A stretch of DNA of 62,772 nucleotides, counting the filler, from Sphacelaria rigidula (Eukaryota), in the NCBI GenBank assembly GCA_964200075.2. It is 8 parts of 8 records of this genome, joined end to end, with 100 filler letters (N's around TTAATTAATTAA, not from the genome) between each part and the next. Parts side by side here need not be neighbours in the genome. Positions count along the whole stretch, not along the records: positions 31,440 to 39,198 come from CAXNAA020013547.1; positions 39,299 to 47,056 come from CAXNAA020013548.1; positions 47,157 to 54,914 come from CAXNAA020013549.1; 5 more parts are not named here. The stretch is one strand, 5' to 3'. The notes beneath the pieces are model-generated. The model was not told the DNA's origin and did not search any database. It worked only from the letters and a program-made list of their open reading frames with translations. Made by a program: the position numbers and the translations under genes. Below, one piece after another: positions 36,007-50,100 of this stretch (position 1 is the stretch's first letter; the number at the start of each line of letters is the position of its first letter).

Positions 36007-37409
36007 GTGAGTTTTGACTGGGCTTTCGCTTCTCCCTCGTCGTTTACAGGAACACGACAAGCAGGAAGCATCATATGGGAATTGGAACAAAGGTTGTTCG
36101 AGTCGTGGAACACGCGCTGTTGTTTATCTTCACAAGATACTCAACCAATACAAATGAAGAGGGCGCAGTACACAAACAGTACAGTGCGTTGATGTGGTCA
36201 CTCGTGCAGGACATTGGCAGTATCTGTGATCAAGAAGTCTCGGTGGCGTATGTGGCCTCTAGCTACCGGTGTCAATTCTGTACACAGTAGTAGCGTTCGC
36301 TATTTCCGTCTGTTTACAAGCGTGTATATTCGTCCGCAGCAGTAACAGAAGCAGCAGCAGCGCTATGATGCAGCAGCCAACGTAGCATCCGATTCCGTTT
36401 ACAATCGGCACCCTAAACCGAGGCGGTACAGTACCCCCTCCCCCGCCATCCTTCATCATTGTCTGAACAGAAAGTCAGAATTCGGTGCATGAACACCAAA
36501 GTGCGCGTGGCACTCACAGCAGGCGCAGACATGGGCAGATTTGTTTCTCTCACCTGAGGGACGGATGCGAAGAGGGGAGGAGGGAAGGAGGATGCGAGGT
36601 GGAGGAAAGTGTGTGAAGGAGTTTGTTCTCAATGTTCTCTGACTACAGCGTACCCATTACTCGCTTCATCTTCTGTTCGGCAACAAATTCACTTGTGCAT
36701 GAATCCAATCGCGGAGACAGTACGCGCACAGGAGTGCTGCACACTCTCTGTACCGTATAATATCTACTGTCTGTCAGTCAAACGCAGAAAGGTCAAGCTG
36801 ACTGAACTCTCCACACATGTAGTGATGTCACACCGCACTGAACTTGTACCCTCGAAACACGCCAGTGCAGGCCAAACGAGCGAAAAGTGAAATGAAATAC
36901 GTACTCTACTGGTACGATATACTCGTATCATGCTCAGTCCAATGCCCGTTTTCTGTCGGTGGATACAACCAGTCAAGGTACACAGTATGGCAACTCAGTA
37001 CAATAAAACATGCTGTCGCCTGCGTTTGCATCCCAGCACAGCACCACCTGCTCTCGGAGAACGGGGTGGATGTTTGGACGACGAGAAATGACGGTGGGGT
37101 GAGGGGTGGGTTTTGTGCTGCTGCAGACTCAAAACAGCCACACGTGGGAGGTGTATCTTTTCCCCAGTGTTACATAACCCTGACCTTGAACACAAGAAGA
37201 ACGGTCGTTTGTAAACAGCAGCGGGAAGGGGCGAGAGAGCAACCGACAAAACGACCGACTACCGTTGTACTGAACTATATTCCGTTCCCCGTACGTACCA
37301 CGATGCTACACACTCATCATCGTGACTACAAGTCTCCGCACCCTGGACAGTAGATTACGTCGTCAAAAAAATACTGTGTACAGGCTGGGCTGCCTAAGAC
37401 GCGGACAGG

Positions 37410-38045
37410 GATATGAAAACGCGATTTAGCAGCTGAATTTTAGGTCTTTTCCTATGAAATTTTGACACGATGTACAGAATGTATGTGCGAGGACGCCACC
37501 TTTTCCACCCTACATTTTTCCTTTTGGAGTTATTCACGATTTTGTTCCGAAAACACCTGTTCTGAAATATTTGGTCGCCGTTAACTCAGGAAGGAAGAAA
37601 CCAAAATGTAGGGTGGAAAAGGTGGCGTCTTTGCCATACATCCTGCACATCGTGTAAAAAATCGTAGAAAAAACGACCTGAAATTAAGTTACAAAATCGC
37701 ATGTTCGTGTTCAAGACGGGTCCTTGTGCGGAGATGAACCAGCCACGAAAGAATGAAACGCGGACAGTCTGTTCTTTCAAGTATGTTTTCACGAACTTCC
37801 GACACGATGCGCATGAGGTATGTTCTGAAGTCCCTATTGTCCCCCCTTGACATTTTTGTCTTTACTCAATGAGTTGTCGACGCTTTTGTACCCAGAAAAC
37901 TGTTGCGAAATTTAGATCACCAGTAACTCACGAAAGTAAAAAAATCAAAGAGGGGAAATGGTAGGGACTTGACATATACCTTGATGTAAATCGTGTCAAA
38001 ATTGCATGGAAAATGACTTAAAATTGAGCAGTGAAATCGCGTTTT
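37410..38045. repeat. Two adjacent imperfect inverted repeats (MITE-like)
   Basis: gacgccaccttttccaccctacatttt (37492) mirrors aaaatgtagggtggaaaaggtggcgtc (37603), with similarity extending to ~37410/37710. A second, related hairpin spans ~37785-38045. Confidence 0.7.
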
Positions 38046-39115
38046 TCTGTCGAGAACCGGTTCACTTGCTTTTAGACTACAACAACCTCAGCCCGAACTT
38101 TGACGTTTTCTACAAGCCCGACGCCTTGGGGCGCTGGACGTCTCGTCTGCGTGCCACCTCAGACCCTGCGCGCGTACAGTACGACAGAAAATGTTGTACA
38201 ACCACAACTAGTGCAGCACCATCACTTTGCGGCCGCGGCTCAACCCACTGTAACAGTAAATGCGATTTCAGCCGTTTTTTTCTCGAATTCCGCCGCACGT
38301 GCCATTTTCAACTCTGTACACTTCGCAGCTGACCACAGTTTGATATTTCGTTTGATGGGAACCTGTCAGATCGCAGTGCTACGTGAAGTAAAAGACGCGT
38401 TGATTTGCAGATTGCCACGATGTGTCATAGTAAGCACAACTCGCGATAGATCGTCAGTTAGACCCGGCTGAAGGAAAGTCTGCTTCTTGGACAGCCCAGC
38501 CTCTACAGTCTAATACTTTGTCTGTTGCCATAGACGCAGTAGTCGATACTCTACGCAGTACAATTTTGAACAACGTAATCCCTGTTCGGGGGGTGAAGTC
38601 TCAGTCTTCTCGCGTACAAAACTGCGGTATTATCATGTCTTGTAAGGAATAGCAGGGACGGTATTGGGAAGGCGAGCCTACGTCTGTGACAACGGGTTCG
38701 CGAGATCGGACCAACGTGCGCAAATAATAATAAAAATAATAATAATAATGTACCCCTGCGCGGCAACTTTCTTGGTACCTTCATTGTACAGTTGCGGTTA
38801 GACCCACTTTTCGGCCGCTTGTTGTAAACTGAGAAAAGTCGTTTTGGTCAATCTCCGGAGATTTTTTTCGAAGCGCCACCTTGTAAGGCCATTTTTCAAG
38901 AATAAAGTCTCTGACAACTGGCCACAATTAGCGGACAGCGGGAATTTGCCAAATCTCTCTGCGAAAAGTCATCGATTCGCCGAGGGGAACCCATATCGAG
39001 AGATGGCTGTACCACCGCCTATCCTAACTCTACGTAATCAAATGTAATTAACGTGATATTAGTAGACGTGCGGTGCAGTGCAGCAACTATCGCCATCATC
39101 CAGCGATCAGGAGGT

Positions 39116-39159
<44 letters not shown>

Positions 39160-39577
39160 AACAGGTGCTTGCCGCCCGGGGCGCCGGTCGCGACAGGTNN
39201 NNNNNNNNNNNNNNNNNNNNNNNNNNNNNNNNNNNNNNNNNNTTAATTAATTAANNNNNNNNNNNNNNNNNNNNNNNNNNNNNNNNNNNNNNNNNNNNTG
39301 GGGATACGAGGTCAATGGTCTGATGACTATGGCATGCATGATCATGAGTACACCCCCCTCCCCCCCCATCCCTCTATCATAGCATCGCTCAGTAGAACTG
39401 ACATTTGACGAGAGTCGACGTGATGCGGTAGTGTTGATCCAATACCCGAGACCAAAGTGATACAAGTACCCGGTGGAGACATGGGTTGATTGATCCTTTG
39501 AAATTGGTACATAATACTCCGGACTTGTCTCGAAAAAGTGAAAAAAAAAAAAAATGCGTCGTTCGCCGATCGCGCAG

Positions 39578-42500
39578 TTGCAAGTGGAGCTGTTGAAGTG
39601 CCTGAAGGCGTCCCTGAACAATCAACTGGGCATCGATTACTTGGCGGGGCGACCAGAGGTGGTGGGCATTCTGGCGCTCAACTTCGGCTCGGAAGATGTT
39701 TTTATCTGTACACAGGTGACGTTATTCGTGTTTTTTTTTTCATAATGTTGTTCACAGTAGCCCTTTTCCAGAAACGTCGCACCCGTCGTCACATGTGTGT
39801 GTGTGTGTGTGTGTATGTGTGTGTGCGTATTGTCAAAAGCAGTTGCGATGATGATATGTATATGTATGCAGTGGAATGAAATACGGAGAAAATTCGGCAA
39901 AATGCGGAGTTGTTGTCCTTTTTTGTACCCTTTTATTTTTTTCGTCATCTTTTGTTTTTCTCGTGCGTTTGGATATTTTCTTGCTCTTTTTGCTCTCGCC
40001 TTCTGTGCCATGCCTCTATTTCTCTGTCTAGGCATTGGAGCTGTTGGCGGTGCTCATGGTCGACGGGCCGGAAGGTTACCGCGCCGTACTGTCGGCTATG
40101 GACTATTTCAAGCTCGTGAAGGGAGAAAGAGTGCGCTTTTATTCGCTGCTGGACGCGCTCATGACGGATGAGTCGGATCTGGCCTTCAAGCGCGACGTCA
40201 TGCTGTTCATCAACACTCTCGTGAACAGGCATGATACTCGTACTGTGCAGTACCGATACTATGTATACACGGAATCGCCAGAAGACTATTTCGCAAAAAA
40301 AAAATGGCAACACCTGGCCCATGCAGTATTGCAGCGTAACATCCGAATTTTCACAGGGCTAACGTTGGGGTTTGATCAAAGCAAGAGTAAGGCCCTGTCT
40401 TGAATTGTTTTTCGGTCGAAAAGGTGCGGAGAAATATAGAATTTTTGACCTGACAGATCGTCAGTTTTACGTAGATGACGTGCACATGGATCACGACCTA
40501 TGCTGACCTATCGATCAGATTGGAATTTTTCCTCGTCTGCGGCACTGTCGATCGAAGAATGAAGTCCTAAGACACGGTCTACGTTCAACCGTGGTTTCGT
40601 GGGTGCACGCGTGCGACGCATGACACGCAACACAGGGGGGCTGGCTACTTTCCCGTGTGTATTTTCTTCCGATCGCCGACCTGAACAAAATTAAATCTTA
40701 TTCGACGGTTGGCGGTCGGAATATAGAAAAATCCAGGGCAAACATACGTAGCAAATGTCACCCCTCTTATGGATAGGGTATGCGACTACAGAAACAAACA
40801 GCAAATTGTATTGATCACACGCTGATTAGGGAAGTTCGCCATGAGCGTCGTGCTCCGGTAGGGGTGCACATAACGTTTCTGGGGTGGCGTACTGGAGTTG
40901 AGCATAGACTCTCGCGCACTGGCGCTACTGCAGTGAAGACGACGTGGGGTCTAAACGAGAAGCGGTTTCTCTCCCATGCAAACATCACAAGTTGTGAAAA
41001 AAGTCGTTGCGTATTTTTATTCCCAACGCGGAAATAAAAAAACATACGTGAACAAGTTTTGGCCTAAGAAAGCGCACCCCTACCGTAGGACGGCTCATCA
41101 AGCCGAAAGAGTTGAATGGGGAAGGCCACCGAGCAAACGCTTTATGAAAATAGGTTGCTGTAGTGGTCGCGTCCCGGTGATGTAAATTAAAATGGTTCAA
41201 AAGTAGTTGACTGAGTTTGTTGACTAGAACGTTGACAATCTGCGGGATGCTTGGTCATGGTCCGATCCGCGAGACCAAAATGCAAGGCGTCTACCGGGGA
41301 GAGATGGATGGGCTCAGACCGACTTTGATGGCAGTCACCGATCTCGATTTTTACGCAAATCGGGGGACAAAAAATCAGGAAAAGCATTCTATGGACCCCA
41401 ATCGGGGCCCTATCGTGGGAGCGAAATTCGGGGTGTCACGATTTCAGAGTGATTGTCCCAAATCGGAGGAAAGCTGAGCCCCCCCCGATGTTGAGGAAGG
41501 TGACGTACGTGCATTGACGTACGGTGGTAGGGTAAGAGGCGTCTGATATTTTGCAACCGTGGCGAGAAGACAGTCTCATGACTGCGCGGGACGTGCATGC
41601 CCGCGCCAGCTGCTGAAGCAGCTTCGCACGGAGTTTGACAAGTGGGTGAGAAGCGTTGACGCCGTACCCTGCGGCGATGGTAATATTTTATGCTGCGCTA
41701 CGCTGCCGTATGTATCACTTTAACGCACGGCACTACACTGTCCTTCTCTGTGCTGACCCTGTACTTGCAGGGTGATGTATGGCACTGCACTCCTGAACTC
41801 TTCTCGCACACTGTTTTCTCTTCTCGCAATGCCGCCTGTGCCACCATGTATTACCGCACGGCATTATCATGGACTGTAATGATGGAGTGTCGTGCACTGT
41901 AATATCCTAGGGTACCACGGTACGACACTGTTCTCGAAGGATAATTCACCGCCTGCCTGCTCTTCGGCTTGAAAAGTACGCGATACCTCACTCATGCAGA
42001 AAATGACCCTCCGTGTGGAGAACTATTTCACAAATCTCCGAGCCTCTAGAACGGTCCGCACGGGTTTGAGTTTCGCAAGTATGAGTTCCTCCGATTTCTC
42101 TTCACAGAACCGAGATTCGTCGCTGCAAAAGTCGGTCTTAGTGTGTAACCAAGAGAAGAAATAAAGAACTGACACACCATGAGGTCGGAATAACGCGAGT
42201 CTGATTCGTGGCAGATGCGTCCAGTACAGTACGACATTTTTCTGAAAAGTGCACACCCTGGACAATATATATATATATATGTTCACTATATGCAATATAC
42301 AAAAATATACTGGGTGATTGCATATATTGATCATATATTGTCCCGGGTGTGGAAAAGTGTCTGACTTTCCGTCGTTCAAAGCGTGAGGACGTACGTGTGT
42401 AGCATACAGAGCATGTACGCCTGAGTTTGTTGGACGATAGTCGACGCGGTGCGGGGGGACGGGTCATGATCCAATCCGTGATACTAAGCTGCAAGGCGTG

Positions 42501-45500
42501 TGGCGTGGATGATATGGCTTGAGCTCTTGAAACCTCGGGTTCATCTCGGAGAAGGGGAGGACCTGGTGGAAGTGGGAACAAGAACGAATGACAGGGTGGA
42601 AAATGACCAGGGGTGATGAGGAAACATCCGTTATGGGAAGGTCGTCCCCAAAACAAAGTGGACGGGATAATATCTCTATACATGTGTGTGGGCGTATTTA
42701 TAGGTGGTGGATATATCGTAGCGGTCAGCAGTTAAAGTGCGACAATCAATCAATGGATCAAATCATCTCAAGGGGTATTTACGGCATGTGTGTGTGTTTG
42801 TTGACGGTGGGTACTGGTGTAACCATAACCGCAGCGCAATGGATATCGAGGAACGAATTGAGATCCGAGCCGACTTGATCTACACTGGGATCTTGGATGC
42901 GGTGGAGCGACTCAAGAACCAGTCCGTTGACTGCTTCATGGAGCAGGTGCGAAACACGTCCGGTCATCATTTTTAATGTACAACTTCAAATTTCAATGAA
43001 AACGGTTGCGAAAGATGTTTTCGTTTTTGTCTTCGTTTTGCAAAGCTTGAAAAACAGGTACAGAAAGCGCTCGGTGTCTTTTGCTCTGTTTTTTTTTTTT
43101 TTTCACGTGCATGACTGTTCTCGACGACTCAATCATGTGCGTGGAATGCTTTTTGTCGAAACTCTCTGGTGAACGACTGGGTTGTGTTGACAGCATATAT
43201 CAACTTACCCAGAGGTCGGGTTAGATCGCCTGATCATAACATCATTTTTTGTTCAAAATGTTGTTCGAGTTTTTTCGCACTTGGGCTGTTTTCGACCTCG
43301 CATCCGTGTTACATTCTCTATTACACTAAGCGAATCACGTTTTTTTTTTTTCCTGTACAAATGACGTAATAGCATAGTGTGGTCAAGGCCAAAATTGTTT
43401 TTTCCCATCTGAACTGAGAGTCCCAGTATACTTCGGTCAAGACTAAATGTGTATTTTTTCCCTTTTCATTAGGGGTCCCAACATAGTGCGGTCAATCGGC
43501 AATGGTTACGAGCTAGACCGGCTAGGAGACCTTTTTTTTTCGGAAGATTGGTGACGCGGCGCTGAATTTGAGGAGTTGGGCGCTGAAAATTCGACACGAT
43601 ATTTTCATCGAGACGCGAAACATGGTGCGAGATACGAAAAATTATTTTTTCAAAGTAAACGTGAAGTTAGGGCGATTCGAATATGTAGCACAAAAGTAGA
43701 AAATGTGATCACTCCGCGAAGAGAACAAGAAATCGACCGTATGCCGCAACACGAATCTTTCGCTGGTGCACAGAAGATCCTGGTAAAATTTCGTCTGGAA
43801 AGTCCTAAAATTTCGTCGCGCGTGGAACTTTTGTGTGTGACACCGCTGCACCCCGGCGGTCCTACTTGAAGATGAGCTTCCAATTACACAGGTCACGAGT
43901 TCGAACCCCGACACAATCATTTCCCCCCCCCCCATAATCTTGTATACTTTTTTCCCTAACTCTGTAAAGAAGAACGACCACCGTCGGAGATTGGATCGAG
44001 GAGAAGCCTTACAGTCCAGTCCGAGTTGGATACCTTTGCCTGTGCTCGTTATACGTGACAATAGGCTCGGAGGTCCTCTCCCATGATGGAGCGGCTGACG
44101 AGCTTGATGCCATCTCGCAGCATTCCCAGTGCACTCTTGACTTTGCGTGTCAAAGTTGTCATACGTATTTCTGCCGGGTTTTTTTATAGAGAACACAGAA
44201 CACGCTATCATGCCACGATATGGGACGTACCCGGTACTCAATGCAGTAGGAAAACGTCATTGCCAAAACTGCGCCAGTCGAGCAGGGGCGGAGCCACCTG
44301 TTACCAGGTTGATGTGCAGTTCACCGTGATGTGCTCAAATCGGGCTGATTCGAGAAACTGAAGAAGTTGCGGTGTGCCCATGCATTCTATGTTTTACGGC
44401 CAGCCCAACTCGCGTTCTTTCCTGTACAGTGGGGATCCTAATATAGTGCGGAAGATCGCCAACCCGGTATGATCGCACTATGGTGGTACCAGCACTATAC
44501 TGCTATAGTGAAATTACTTGATGATAGTATAGCGGATGAGACTTATTACGAGCGAGGTCGACCGCACTGTGCTGGGACCCTGCGATATGCTGGTAAAGTA
44601 AAATCACTTGATACTACTATCGCGGATCAGGCTCGTAGTGAGGGATGTTGATCGCACTGTGCTGGGACCCTACTGTATGAAAGCTCCCCGATTGATGGGG
44701 CGACCCCTGTTTACAGGATGACGGGGGGCGGACCCATGGCGGACCCATTCGTTGCTTGCCTTAGTCGTTTGACCATTGACCACGCATCCCCTTCGAGACG
44801 GAGCTCATGTGGGGGAGGGCGTTGATGAGGACACGGCTACGTGCCCGGCAGGATAGAACGATACGAATACCGCGGCTACCGTTTTTCGTGCATCGGTGAC
44901 TGTTTACATTTTCTGCTTCTTGTTCCCATGCATTACTGTTTGAAATACAACCACATCCCATCAATACAACACTCGCATGTATCGCATGTCGGACAGATCA
45001 TCACTTAACTCAGTTACGTGGCATAGCTCATTCAGTGGAACTAGGTACCACTGATTTATACGATGTAGATATCATGTAGCCCAGCCAGTGGAAAAGGGCA
45101 CCGCTGAGTTGTGCAACTAACTCCGACAGTGGAAAATGGTACCGCTGATTTATACCGCATAACTTAGTACTGAGTTATGCGAAAACGAGTGAACTCGACG
45201 TGAGGTGGGTTGAGTTGCCCGACGCGTGATATGCATGGTTCTTAGCCTTCTTTTTTTTCAAAAAAGAGCAACACAAAACCAAACGCAAGAAAAAAGAAAC
45301 TTGTAAACACGAATAAACGAGTTTCACGACCCACTCTTAGCGAATTCCGAAGCTGGGTGGGTGCCTGTGAGGTCCTGCCTTAAACAGCCGATTTCGACGT
45401 TTTCTGTTGTGGAGCACTGTTTTTTCTTTCAGCCATACTACACACAACTCCACCGCTCAAGTAGAATGCCCCCCCCCTTGCGACCTTGACGTGCACAATT

Positions 45501-46923
45501 CAAAGCTGAGTCGTGGATCTTCCGGCCGTGGAAAAAATATTTTTTTTTCACTTTTTTTTTCTTGCTTCTACAAAGCGAAATATTTTTAGTCAAAGGAATA
45601 TGCGTTCTGTGGGAGCAAAAGAATTTCCAATCGCGTCATTGAAGTAAATTGAATCACACATGAATCGTGTTACATGTGTAATGATGAGTACCGAACAGAA
45701 ACAGAATGGATCAGGGCTCGAGACGTCTGTTTAGCTGATACCGAACATCGAAGCGATTGTCATTTAATACGCTGAGATAGTGCTAGGCAGACGTGGTAGC
45801 AGGCGTGTAGAACGGCGGCCTGAACATCCAGCCATCTTACTGTTCGATTGCAGGCAGTACGTGTGTTGAAGGTGGTACACCCGGAACACGTACTCTGCGC
45901 TGTGAGCAGTCGGAGAGAGGTCGCATCGTTTGTCTACGTTTATACTGTACTTTGTACTGGGACGTGACCGTTTCTCTTGTTTCTACCAAACGTGGTCTGA
46001 ATCAGATGCGTGTGTACCCGTTTTCGATTTCCTGTAATTAAATTATCCCTGCCATGCATGCAACATCGGAAAAAAAGTTTGCTGTCTGCATCATCGTTTC
46101 TCGCTGTCATTATCATTCTCATTGTCATTAGTGTTCCCCACATCCGGTGGGCATCTGTGTTGTCGTGTCGATGGCCTATGTTGTGCTTATCATGATCCAA
46201 AAGGGAGACGAAGCGCTGTCGGAAGACCGCATCGAGCTGGATAACCAACTGCACGTGTTCGAAGCTGTGATGAACAAGGACATCTCCGAAGTACAGCACA
46301 GCTACCGCGACGACCAGACCGTCAATCTCTCTGACCCCGAGCAACTGTACTCCACCATCTGCTCCTCCGTCGTGGAGTATGACTGCTTCGGAGTGTTTTT
46401 GTCGATCATGCAGCACCTCTTGGTCATTCCCAGCGCAGATCTAGCGGGAAAACAGCAGGTGATCGTCGCATTGCGTCAGCGGGTCTGAGAATTATGGCTA
46501 CGAATCATGTGATGTCATATGATGGTAATATCGATATTGAAATATAACAGTTTTCTTGTGTGTTTGGTACGTCTATCATGCAACCACGGCTCGATCCGTG
46601 GGAGGTCAGTTAAAATGCCACAATCAAATCAAACCAAACCAATGTCGATAGTGATGAAAATACTATTTGAGGTGCGGTGTGCCCTGGCGAATAAGCAGCG
46701 TTCGCTTTTTTTTCCTTCGCCGTGTATCCGTAGTGTATGTACTTCATTATGCAATTCAACAACATAATGTATAACCCGACGACAGTGGGAGGCGGCGGAG
46801 GAAGCGATTCATCAGATCGTGACCCATTCGGACGACGAGTATTCGTTGACGTACGAAGACTTAAAGAGGATGCTGGACTGGAAGGATCGGCTCGAGGAGC
46901 TCTCCATGAAGGTCAACACTCTG
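39578..46923 (+). CDS. Diaphanous-related formin, GBD/FH3 region; partial (no start, FH1 or FH2 in contig)
   Basis: Phase-compatible exons 39578-39715, 40032-40228 (GC donor), 42835-42946, 46204-46458, 46786-46923. They give LLKCLKASLNNQLG, ALELLAVL, GYRAVLSAM, RF, MLFINTLVNSAMDIEERIEIRADL, QLHVF, FLSIMQHLLVIP and WEAAEEAIHQIV, the series typical of Drf GBD/FH3. Confidence 0.88.
42252..42351. mobile_element. 100-bp hAT-type MITE with a perfect 8-bp TSD
   Basis: TIRs cacaccctggacaatatat / atatattgtcccgggtgtg, flanked on both sides by gaaaagtg (42244-42251 and 42352-42359). Confidence 0.88.
44427..44675. mobile_element. Tc1/pogo-like MITE with TA flanks and an internal ~90-bp tandem
   Basis: ta|cagtggggatcc...gggaccctactg|ta. 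The internal unit (cgcact.tg.tgg.acc...aaat.acttgat) occurs twice, with a third partial copy forming the right end. Related fragments at ~43370-43500. Confidence 0.65.
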
Positions 46924-47399
46924 GTGAGCATCGGAGTGATTCTACGATAGGGAGGGGGGGGGGGGGGGGGGGGGGTTGAGCCAGTTTTTTGCCGAAGCGG
47001 CCCCTTGAAAACGTCGCCGCCAGCAGAAATATTCAGGGCTGTACACGTTACACCTGNNNNNNNNNNNNNNNNNNNNNNNNNNNNNNNNNNNNNNNNNNNN
47101 TTAATTAATTAANNNNNNNNNNNNNNNNNNNNNNNNNNNNNNNNNNNNNNNNNNNNGGAAAAAATTAGTATCCCCCCCCCCCCCTCCCTCCCCCCAAGAG
47201 ACGGGGTTTCGGACACCATTATCCGTGACCACGGGTTCGACAGATGGGGTTCAAATGATTTGTCTTAACTTTCTTCATCGATCGCAGCAATTTCAACTGA
47301 TCCCTGAGGGATCTAGCCATGGTCACATGATGGGCCGATGCGCGAAAATAGTATCAAGAGCATCAAGGATGGGTTGGGCAGGGTAATCCCTACATTCGG

Positions 47400-48300
47400 G
47401 CATTTTGAAAAATCGAATTTGAAGTACCCAAAACTCGGATGAGAGTTTTGATTTTGTACTCCACAATACCGCGATTTTGGGTCAAGTATTGCTATCAGGA
47501 GATGTCGCCGAAAAGTTGGGAGCATGAATACCCGGGGATTCCAATTAGGCAACACACTGTTGAGAAACATCCTGCTGCCGAGAAAAAAGGGGGCCACAAA
47601 GCGACCCCAGAGGTAGCTGAACGCCATAATACTGTGAATGTCACCGGCTGATCTAGGAGGGAGGGAAGGGGGGGGGTTTAGAACACGGGGAGTTCATCTT
47701 CCACTCGCTTCATGAAGTAGGTCACCACGGCAACGCTGAAGATGTACCCTGCAAACGTGGAACAAAAGGCTTCAAAACAATCGAAGGACTAAAACAACAT
47801 TGAGGACAAAAAAATAGCGACTGCGGAAATGACGGTCTTTGAGGACCTTCTGGATGCTATCCTCCCATCACCAGTTCAGTGCCGACTCAACGCCCACATC
47901 CCGACCAAACCCACGGGGAGTGTGAGGCATCTCAGGGTGGGGGAAGGACTTAGAATATCCTCTACGTTTTTCGTCAACAGCGAGGTTCACGTTTAAAACA
48001 CCCACCGTCAAGTAGACATGATTCTTGGTTCATCTACTTGAGTTGTTGTGAAGCAAAAATTCGGATCTTGCATGCCATTGCTGTCAGTCCCGGACTGTTC
48101 ACCTCGACAAACTCCAAGACTAGACAAAAACACAGTGCTATTGCGGCACTCCCTCCAATAGTTGCTTGGCGGTAAACTCTTTAACAGCGCCGAGTTGGCG
48201 AAGTCGAAAACATCCACGTCCGCAATATCCCTGCTGACCAATCCTCTCACCACGAGAATAGGACAAATGTGTTGAATTTCATCGTCAGCCTTCGAACAAT
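47400..48300 (-). pseudogene. Possible highly decayed non-LTR retrotransposon RT fragment
   Basis: Weak motif-like peptides in plausible order: VFDFANSA, SSLGVCRGEQSG (cf. S..GVQQGDPLG), VEDIL (cf. YLDDI), LIGIPG (cf. LGVPIG). All are degenerate. Confidence 0.25.
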
Positions 48301-48869
48301 TACAGCATGACCAGGTGACCTACGCACCCTTCGCTGTTGAAGGGTAAAAGCTTGCTGGCTCTCAGAAGCGCGCGCCTATCTTGTATCTCGAGGACCATCT
48401 GGCAACTCCGCAGTTTCACACGTCGGCTACACGTCATCATTCAAACTGTCTCCCGACCGATCGTGCTGTGCTGTGACTGCCCGCGAGCGAGCCATATGTG
48501 GTCTGTGGGCGTTCCACAGAAAGTAAAACAGAGGGGGGGAAAGTGCTCCGATGGCTGGTCAGAACACAGATTGTACGGTCGCGCACACCGAGACGAAATC
48601 TACACAAAGATACGGTGAAGAATACTCCCACGTTCTTCACCCGCTCCTGAACAGGACCTTATCGGGTAGAAGGAGCTTTCGTCTATTCTTGGCAACACAC
48701 CGGTACGCCGAGGGAGGATCCCGATACAGTGCGATGGGTAGGCAGCCGGGCAAACGACGCCATCCTGGGGCCCCGCGTTCCACTCGTGTACTGATATCAT
48801 ACCGTACTAGTTTTCACTGAGGGAGAGATGATGTGTTAAATGTACATTCATGATGTTTGCGACATCCAT

Positions 48870-50100
48870 ACAAAATCATCCCCGAGTATCAATCCCGATA
48901 CCATATCTTCCCCCGCCTTGACTCCTCCATCGCGGATGATTTCGTGTGGATATCAAAACCAACAGAAAATTACAGAAGCGAATGGGAAAGACGCCAGAAT
49001 ACACTAGGAAATGGAGTGACGGCGAACGTGAACTAATGCGCGGTACTTGCATGTGACGAGGACGAGAACCCGGTGGGGATCAAATAGAAGTGGACGAGAG
49101 AGGACGATATTTATAATTGGGTACTTAGTGTTCGGTTGGGGTGAATCGTAAGGATGGATATTTTGTTTTGGGAGGTTTTGGATAATAGAAAGACAGAGTG
49201 ACCAATTTTGAGGTGAAATATCGGTCCTGACCAACACCGACCACAGCCTTCCCCCTGGTGTCATCTCCCACAGCGTCCCCTACCCTCCTTCGTTCGCCGC
49301 CGCGGCTTCCGACACCACAGCCGACCCCGACTACAAGGGCTCTCATAGGACGGAGCGTATGTCCCAAGCAGCTGCGGCTCCTACACACAACTTACGACAC
49401 ATGGGCCTACCATCCACTGATGTTGCTCCCCCGCGATATTCGCACACCGCCACCTTCCCACACAAGCCCTTTCCCCTGAGCGTTTGCCCAGATACTGGTC
49501 TACGATCGGTAGTTCCCGTTCTCCTCACTTTGGCTCGAACTTTACCGGGTTCTTCTCATCTCCGACAAAATGACCAGGCATTTGTTTACATTCGCCGTCA
49601 CTAGGTTTTTCTAGTGTATTCTAGAACGTCCTTCATTTGCCCCTGCAATTCTTCTGGTGTCTCCTATACCCCTACGAAATCATCCGCAAATTTCAATCCT
49701 GATACCATATTTCCCCGACCTGGAATGCTTACTATCCTGATTTCATTGCCATTGAACACAAGAGCAATGAAAGCAGGAAGAGAAGGAGTCAAGGTGGGGG
49801 AAGATACGGGTCAGGATTGATGTTCGCGGATCATCTCTTGAGGATTTTCAGAAACAACGGGAGGATCGCAGGAACAAATAAAGACGGCGCTAGAACACAC
49901 TAGCACAACAGAGTGACGGGATATGTAAACAAATGCGCGGCACTTGTCGTGTAACAAAGATGGGAACCCGGTGGATAAATATAAGTGGGAAGAGGAGCTG
50001 CCGATCGTAGACCAGTACATGGGGAAGCGCTCAAGAGAGAGGGTGACGATGAGCGAATAGAACGGGAGGCGGTGGGATCAGTGGATGATGATGAACCCGC
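48870..50100. repeat. Cluster of diverged direct and inverted copies of one repeat
   Basis: gagtgacgg...aatgcgcgg.acttg...gaacccggtgg at ~49014 and ~49911, with an inverted copy at ~49520-49605. tcaatcc.gataccatat.t.cccc at ~48889 and ~49693. Confidence 0.65.
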
